Below are positions 1 to 5,055 of a stretch of 5,055 nucleotides of DNA, piece by piece. Positions within the stretch are counted from its first letter, which is position 1. Each line of letters starts with the position of its first letter. Source of the DNA: a virus (Duplodnaviria; Heunggongvirae; Uroviricota; Caudoviricetes); the IMG/VR virus record IMGVR_UViG_2534682172_000010; one strand, 5' to 3'. Under the pieces are notes generated by a model. The model worked only from the letters and a program-made list of their open reading frames with translations. It was not told the origin of the DNA and made no database searches. Made by a program: the position numbers and the translations under genes.

Positions 1-1325
<1,325 letters not shown>

Positions 1326-1345
1326 AATTGTTATAACCCATATAA

Positions 1346-1371
1346 GGGCACCAGAAATGGTGCCTTTTTTA
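1346..1371 (+). terminator. Rho-independent terminator downstream of J
   Basis: Perfect 6-bp GC-rich stem GGCACC (1347-1352) / GGTGCC (1359-1364) with a 6-nt loop AGAAAT, followed directly by T6 (1365-1370); sits 22 nt after the J stop codon. Confidence 0.8.
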
Positions 1372-1383
1372 TTGCAGAAAAGC

Positions 1384-1389
1384 GAGAGG
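1384..1389 (+). promoter_or_regulatory. Shine-Dalgarno sequence for lom
   Basis: GAGAGG at 1384-1389, 5 nt upstream of the ATG at 1395. Confidence 0.6.
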
Positions 1390-1394
1390 TAATT

Positions 1395-1994
1395 ATGCGT
1401 AAACTTTATGCCGCCATTTTGTCCGCAGCCATTTGTCTGGCCGTATCCGGTGCGCCTGCATGGGCGTCTGAACATCAGTCCACGCTGAGCGCGGGGTATC
1501 TTCATGCCTCGACGAACGTTCCCGGCAGCGATGATCTGAACGGGATTAACGTGAAATACCGTTATGAGTTTACGGACACACTGGGGATGGTGACGTCATT
1601 CAGCTATGCAGGAGACAAGAATCGCCAGCTGACCCGTTACAGCGATACCCGCTGGCATGAAGATTCCGTGCGTAACCGCTGGTTCAGCGTGATGGCGGGG
1701 CCGTCTGTGCGCGTGAATGAATGGTTCAGCGCGTATGCGATGGCGGGTGTGGCTTACAGCCGTGTGTCGACTTTCTCCGGGGATTATCTCCGCGTAACTG
1801 ACAACAAGGGGAAAACGCACGATGTGCTGACCGGAAGTGATGACGGTCGCCACAGCAACACGTCTCTGGCGTGGGGAGCTGGCGTGCAGTTTAACCCGAC
1901 CGAATCCGTGGCCATTGATATTGCTTATGAAGGCTCCGGCAGTGGCGACTGGCGCACTGACGGTTTCATCGTGGGTGTCGGTTATAAATTCTGA
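1395..1994 (+). CDS. lom: Outer membrane protein Lom (Ail/Lom/OmpX/PagC family, 8-stranded beta-barrel), 199 aa with N-terminal signal peptide
   Basis: Complete ORF ATG 1395 to TGA 1992-1994 with an SD. The N-terminus MRKLYAAILSAAICLAVSGAPAWA/SEHQ is a typical Sec signal peptide with an AxA cleavage site (nt 1395-1466). The C-terminal ...AYEGSGSGDWRTDGFIVGVGYKF matches the lambda Lom C-terminus as I recall it, and the terminal aromatic Phe is the usual beta-barrel assembly signal. The internal blocks INVKYRYEFTD and SVMAGPSVRVNEWFSAYAMAGVA are also lambda Lom-like. Position between J and stf matches lambda. Confidence 0.93.
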   Translation: MRKLYAAILSAAICLAVSGAPAWASEHQSTLSAGYLHASTNVPGSDDLNGINVKYRYEFTDTLGMVTSFSYAGDKNRQLTRYSDTRWHEDSVRNRWFSVMAGPSVRVNEWFSAYAMAGVAYSRVSTFSGDYLRVTDNKGKTHDVLTGSDDGRHSNTSLAWGAGVQFNPTESVAIDIAYEGSGSGDWRTDGFIVGVGYKF

Positions 1995-2020
1995 TTAGCC
2001 AGGTAACACAGTGTTATGAC

Positions 2021-2048
2021 AGCCCGCCGGTTCAGGCGGGCTTTTTTG
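2021..2048 (+). terminator. Rho-independent terminator downstream of lom
   Basis: Perfect 8-bp stem AGCCCGCC (2021-2028) / GGCGGGCT (2035-2042) with loop GGTTCA, followed by a T-run (2043-2047); 27 nt after the lom stop and 11 nt before the stf ATG. Confidence 0.85.
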
Positions 2049-2058
2049 TGGGGTGAAT

Positions 2059-5055
2059 ATGGCAGTAAAGATTTCAGGTGTACTGAAAGACGGCACAGGA
2101 AAACCAGTACAGAACTGCACAATCCAGCTGAAAGCAAAACGTAACAGCACCACGGTGGTGGTGAACACGCTGGCCTCAGAAAATCCGGATGAAGCCGGGC
2201 GTTACAGCATGGACGTTGAGTACGGTCAGTACAGCGTTATTCTGTTGGTGGAAGGATTCCCGCCGTCACATGCCGGGACCATCACCGTGTATGAAGATTC
2301 CCAACCCGGTACGCTGAATGATTTTCTCGGTGCCATGACGGAGGATGATGCCCGTCCGGAGGCACTGCGCCGTTTTGAACTGATGGTGGAAGAGGTGGCG
2401 CGTAACGCGTCCGCAGTGGCACAGAACACGGCAGCCGCGAAGAAGTCAGCCGGCGATGCCAGCACATCTGCCCGTGAGGCGGCAACCCATGCGACTGATG
2501 CTGCAGGTTCAGCACGTGCAGCCAGCACGTCAGCCGGACAGGCCGCTTCGTCGGCTCAGTCAGCGTCTTCCAGCGCAGGAACGGCATCAACAAAGGCCAC
2601 TGAAGCCTCAAAAAGTGCTGCCGCTGCAGAGTCCTCAAAAAGCGCGGCAGCTACCAGTGCCGGTGCCGCGAAAACGTCAGAAACGAATGCTGCAGCGTCA
2701 CAACAATCAGCAGCCACTTCTGCATCCACCGCGACTACGAAAGCGTCAGAAGCTGCCACCTCAGCCCGGGATGCGTCGGCTTCAAAAGAGGCGGCAAAAT
2801 CATCAGAAACGAACGCATCCTCGAGCGCCAGTAGCGCAGCTTCCTCGGCAACGGCGGCAGCAAATTCCGCGAAGGCGGCAAAAACGTCCGAGACGAACGC
2901 CAGGTCTTCTGAGACGGCAGCGGGACAGAGCGCCTCAGCTGCGGCAGGCTCAAAAACAGCGGCTGCGTCGTCTGCCAGTGCCGCGTCAACAAGTGCCGGG
3001 CAGGCCTCAGCCAGTGCCATCGCCGCCGGAAAATCGGCAGAAAGCGCCGCATCATCCGCTTCAACAGCCACAACGAAGGCTGGCGAAGCCACTGAACAGG
3101 CCAGCGCAGCAGCGAGGTCAGCTTCCGCAGCGAAGACATCCGAAACGAACGCGAAAGCGTCGGAAACCAGCGCAGAATCCTCAAAAACGGCAGCGGCATC
3201 GTCCGCCAGTTCGGCGGCGTCATCGGCCTCATCGGCGTCTGCTTCAAAAGATGAGGCGACCAGACAAGCGTCAGCAGCGAAGGGCAGCGCCACGACGGCA
3301 TCCACGAAGGCAACAGAGGCTGCTGGCAGTGCGACGGCGGCAGCACAGAGCAAAAGTACGGCGGAATCTGCAGCAACGCGCGCTGAGACAGCGGCAAAAC
3401 GGGCAGAGGATATTGCATCCGCCGTGGCACTTGAGGATGCGAGCACGACGAAAAAGGGGATAGTACAGCTCAGTAGTGCGACTAACAGCACTTCCGAGTC
3501 ACTGGCGGCAACACCAAAAGCCGTTAAGGCCGCGTATGACCTGGCTAACGGGAAATACACCGCACAGGATGCAACGACAGCACAGAAAGGGATAATCCAG
3601 CTAAGCAGCGCGACCAACAGCACGTCTGAAACGCTGGCGGCAACGCCAAAGGCAGTAAAAACAGCCTATGACAATGCTGAGAAACGTCTGCAGAAAGATC
3701 AGAACGGTGCGGATATCCCTGGCAAAGGCACCTTTACGAAAAATATTGGTGCCTGCCGTGCCTTTGGTGGGTCAGTAAGCACAATAACAGGAAACTGGAC
3801 GACTGCACAGTTTATCGAGTGGCTGGATTCTCAGGGAGCATTTAACCATCCCTACTGGATGTGCAAGGGTTCCTGGTCTTATGGCAATAATAAAATCATT
3901 ACTGATACTGACTGCGGTAATATTCATCTCGCCGGAGCTGTCATTGAAGTAATGGGGATAAAGTCAGCGATGACGATCCGCATTACCACTCCGACCACAT
4001 CCAGCGGTGGCGGAACAACCAACGCCCAGTTTACCTATATTAATCACGGAACAGATTATTCACCTGGCTGGCGAAGGGACTATAACTCCAGAAATAAGCC
4101 AACGGCATCAGAGATCGGGGCGTTACCGTCAGGTGGAACAGCAGTATCATCAGTTAATCTGTCTTCAAAAGGTCGGGTAACCGCGCTGACAGACAATACG
4201 CAGGGGGCAGCAGGTCTTGAGTTATACGAGGTGTATAACAACGGATATCCAACAGCGTATGGAAATATCATTCACCTGAAAGGGATGACAGCCGTTGGCG
4301 AAGGTGAGTTACTCATCGGCTGGAGTGGTACAAGCGGTGCTCATGCTCCGGCATTTATTCGTTCACGACGGGATACGACCGACGCAAACTGGTCGCCGTG
4401 GGCGCAGCTTTACACCTCGGCTCATCCTCCTGCAGAGTTTTATCCAGTCGGTGCACCAATCCCGTGGCCATCAGATAACGTTCCGTCTGGCTATGCCCTG
4501 ATGCAGGGGCAGACTTTTGACAAATCTGCATACCCGAAACTTGCAGCGGCTTATCCGTCAGGCGTGATCCCTGATATGCGTGGCTGGACGATTAAGGGCA
4601 AACCTACCAGTGGTCGGGCCGTATTGTCTCAGGAACAGGACGGCATTAAATCGCATACCCACAGCGCCAGCGCATCCAGTACGGATTTGGGGACGAAAAC
4701 CACATCGTCGTTTGATTACGGCACTAAATCCACGAATAACACTGGTGCGCATACCCATAGTTTAAGTGGCAGCACGAATGCAGCTGGTAATCACAGCCAT
4801 AGAGATGGCCGTCGATTTAACCCCAGTGTTTTTAAAGATACTTATCAATATGGTTATACAAGCTCAGGTCAAAATACCTGGGGTGTACAAGGCTCAGTAG
4901 GTATGTCTACGGGGTGGTTAGCTAATACCAGTACAGATGGTAATCATAGCCATTCACTGTCCGGCACAGCAGCATCTGCAGGTGCACACGCGCATACTGT
5001 CGGTATTGGTGCTCATACGCACTCCGTTGCGATTGGTTCACATGGACACACCATC
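2059..5055 (+). CDS. stf: Side tail fibre protein Stf (lambdoid Stf/StfR-like), 5' ~999 codons; 3' end outside window
   Basis: Frame 1 is open from ATG 2059 to the window end (I translated it by hand and checked codon phase at several landmarks; no in-frame stop). The N-terminus [37 protein letters not shown]...YGQYSVIL...[25 protein letters not shown] and the C-terminal part [80 protein letters not shown]...[25 protein letters not shown] match lambda Stf as I recall it. A weak SD-like GGGGTG lies at 2050-2055. Absent from the ORF track because it has no stop codon within the window. Confidence 0.93.
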   Translation, partial: MAVKISGVLKDGTGKPVQNCTIQLKAKRNSTTVVVNTLASENPDEAGRYSMDVEYGQYSVILLVEGFPPSHAGTITVYEDSQPGTLNDFLGAMTEDDARPEALRRFELMVEEVARNASAVAQNTAAAKKSAGDASTSAREAATHATDAAGSARAASTSAGQAASSAQSASSSAGTASTKATEASKSAAAAESSKSAAATSAGAAKTSETNAAASQQSAATSASTATTKASEAATSARDASASKEAAKSSETNASSSASSAASSATAAANSAKAAKTSETNARSSETAAGQSASAAAGSKTAAASSASAASTSAGQASASAIAAGKSAESAASSASTATTKAGEATEQASAAARSASAAKTSETNAKASETSAESSKTAAASSASSAASSASSASASKDEATRQASAAKGSATTASTKATEAAGSATAAAQSKSTAESAATRAETAAKRAEDIASAVALEDASTTKKGIVQLSSATNSTSESLAATPKAVKAAYDLANGKYTAQDATTAQKGIIQLSSATNSTSETLAATPKAVKTAYDNAEKRLQKDQNGADIPGKGTFTKNIGACRAFGGSVSTITGNWTTAQFIEWLDSQGAFNHPYWMCKGSWSYGNNKIITDTDCGNIHLAGAVIEVMGIKSAMTIRITTPTTSSGGGTTNAQFTYINHGTDYSPGWRRDYNSRNKPTASEIGALPSGGTAVSSVNLSSKGRVTALTDNTQGAAGLELYEVYNNGYPTAYGNIIHLKGMTAVGEGELLIGWSGTSGAHAPAFIRSRRDTTDANWSPWAQLYTSAHPPAEFYPVGAPIPWPSDNVPSGYALMQGQTFDKSAYPKLAAAYPSGVIPDMRGWTIKGKPTSGRAVLSQEQDGIKSHTHSASASSTDLGTKTTSSFDYGTKSTNNTGAHTHSLSGSTNAAGNHSHRDGRRFNPSVFKDTYQYGYTSSGQNTWGVQGSVGMSTGWLANTSTDGNHSHSLSGTAASAGAHAHTVGIGAHTHSVAIGSHGHTI
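2380..3450 (+). repeat. Ala/Ser/Thr-rich quasi-repetitive coding region (tail-fibre shaft repeats) inside stf
   Basis: About 350 codons dominated by GCN/TCN/ACN codons, with the recurring motif AAK(T/S)SETNA (near 2676, 2806, 2887 and 3136) and similar A-x-S-A-S blocks. Strong 3-nt periodicity keeps several other frames stop-free. Confidence 0.7.
3454..3672 (+). repeat. Tandem duplication of a conserved tail-fibre motif ([27 protein letters not shown]-x-A-Y-D) inside stf
   Basis: Copy 1 at 3454-3540 ([29 protein letters not shown]) and copy 2 at 3586-3672 ([29 protein letters not shown]), 132 nt apart and in frame. Codon-by-codon comparison shows mostly third-position differences (ctc/cta, agt/agc, act/acc, tcc/tct, gag/gaa, aca/acg). 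Confidence 0.75.
4654..5049 (+). repeat. His-box (HxH) repeat region of the Stf distal domain
   Basis: Seven in-frame HxH motifs: HTH 4654-4662, HTH 4750-4758, HSH 4792-4800, HSH 4945-4953, HAH 4987-4995, HTH 5014-5022 and HGH 5041-5049, set in Gly/Ser-rich context ([45 protein letters not shown]). Confidence 0.7.

Noticed and set aside
2456-3463. 335-aa Arg/Gln/Pro-rich ORF on the + strand, which at first looks like a highly basic protein.
   Set aside because: It is the +2-shifted reading of the GCN-rich Ala/Ser repeat region of stf (GCN GCN read as CNG gives Arg/Gln/Pro/Leu). It has no RBS, lies wholly inside the well-supported stf frame, and its composition is explained by codon periodicity.
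2226-3623. Antisense ORFs 2556-3623 (355 aa, Ala-rich), 2735-3430 (231 aa), 2282-2638 (118 aa) and 2226-2528 (100 aa).
   Set aside because: They are reverse-complement shadows of the GC-rich, periodic stf shaft region; low-complexity translations with no independent start or RBS signals.
3454-3672. Possibility that the two near-identical motif copies are a diversity-generating retroelement template/variable repeat pair, since such elements often target tail fibres.
   Set aside because: Differences between the copies are spread over all base types and are mostly synonymous third-position changes, not adenine-specific substitutions; both copies are in frame in the same gene and there is no reverse transcriptase in the window.
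4436-4462. TTATCCA at about 4442-4448, resembling the first 7 bases of Gin/Hin/Pin-type invertase crossover half-sites, at the start of the Stf C-terminal conserved region.
   Set aside because: Only a 7-mer match, expected by chance in 5 kb; the remainder does not fit the half-site consensus and no inverted partner or invertase gene is present in the window.
4080-4765. Short ORFs 4080-4271(-), 4295-4501(+), 4558-4758(-) and 4580-4765(+).
   Set aside because: All lie inside the continuous stf frame-1 reading, which matches lambda Stf; they are out-of-frame or antisense chance ORFs.
2380-5055. CRISPR array or non-coding tandem repeat as an explanation for the repetitive DNA.
   Set aside because: The repeats are imperfect, in frame and conserved at the protein level with no repeat-spacer periodicity; they are coding repeats of the tail fibre.

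Overview
This window is the right end of the tail-gene block of a lambda-like (lambdoid) prophage or phage from an enterobacterial host, most likely Escherichia or Shigella. Everything is on the + strand, in the canonical lambda order J - lom - stf. (1) Positions 1-1325 encode the 3' ~440 codons of the host-specificity/tail-tip protein J, but as given the reading frame is broken twice by apparent single-base deletions (near 556-558 and in an A5 run at 1122-1126), so it is either a decaying gene or carries sequencing errors. (2) Positions 1395-1994 are a complete Lom (Ail/Lom/OmpX/PagC-family) outer-membrane protein gene with a signal peptide, flanked on both sides by textbook intrinsic terminators (1346-1371 and 2021-2048), i.e. 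a 'moron' cassette. (3) Positions 2059-5055 are the 5' ~999 codons of a long side-tail-fibre gene (Stf) that runs off the window end. It is missing from the six-frame ORF track only because it has no stop in the window. Stf is mosaic: a lambda-like N-terminus, a ~1 kb Ala/Ser-rich quasi-repeat shaft, a tandemly duplicated junction motif, a central module unlike lambda Stf, and a lambda-like His-box (HxH) C-terminal region with an AT-rich insert. All other ORFs in the track are out-of-frame or antisense shadows of these three genes. I see no evidence of a defence system, CRISPR array, RNA gene or other undescribed system; the interesting points are the broken J gene and the modular structure of the tail fibre. 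All homology statements rest on my recollection of phage lambda proteins, not on a database search.
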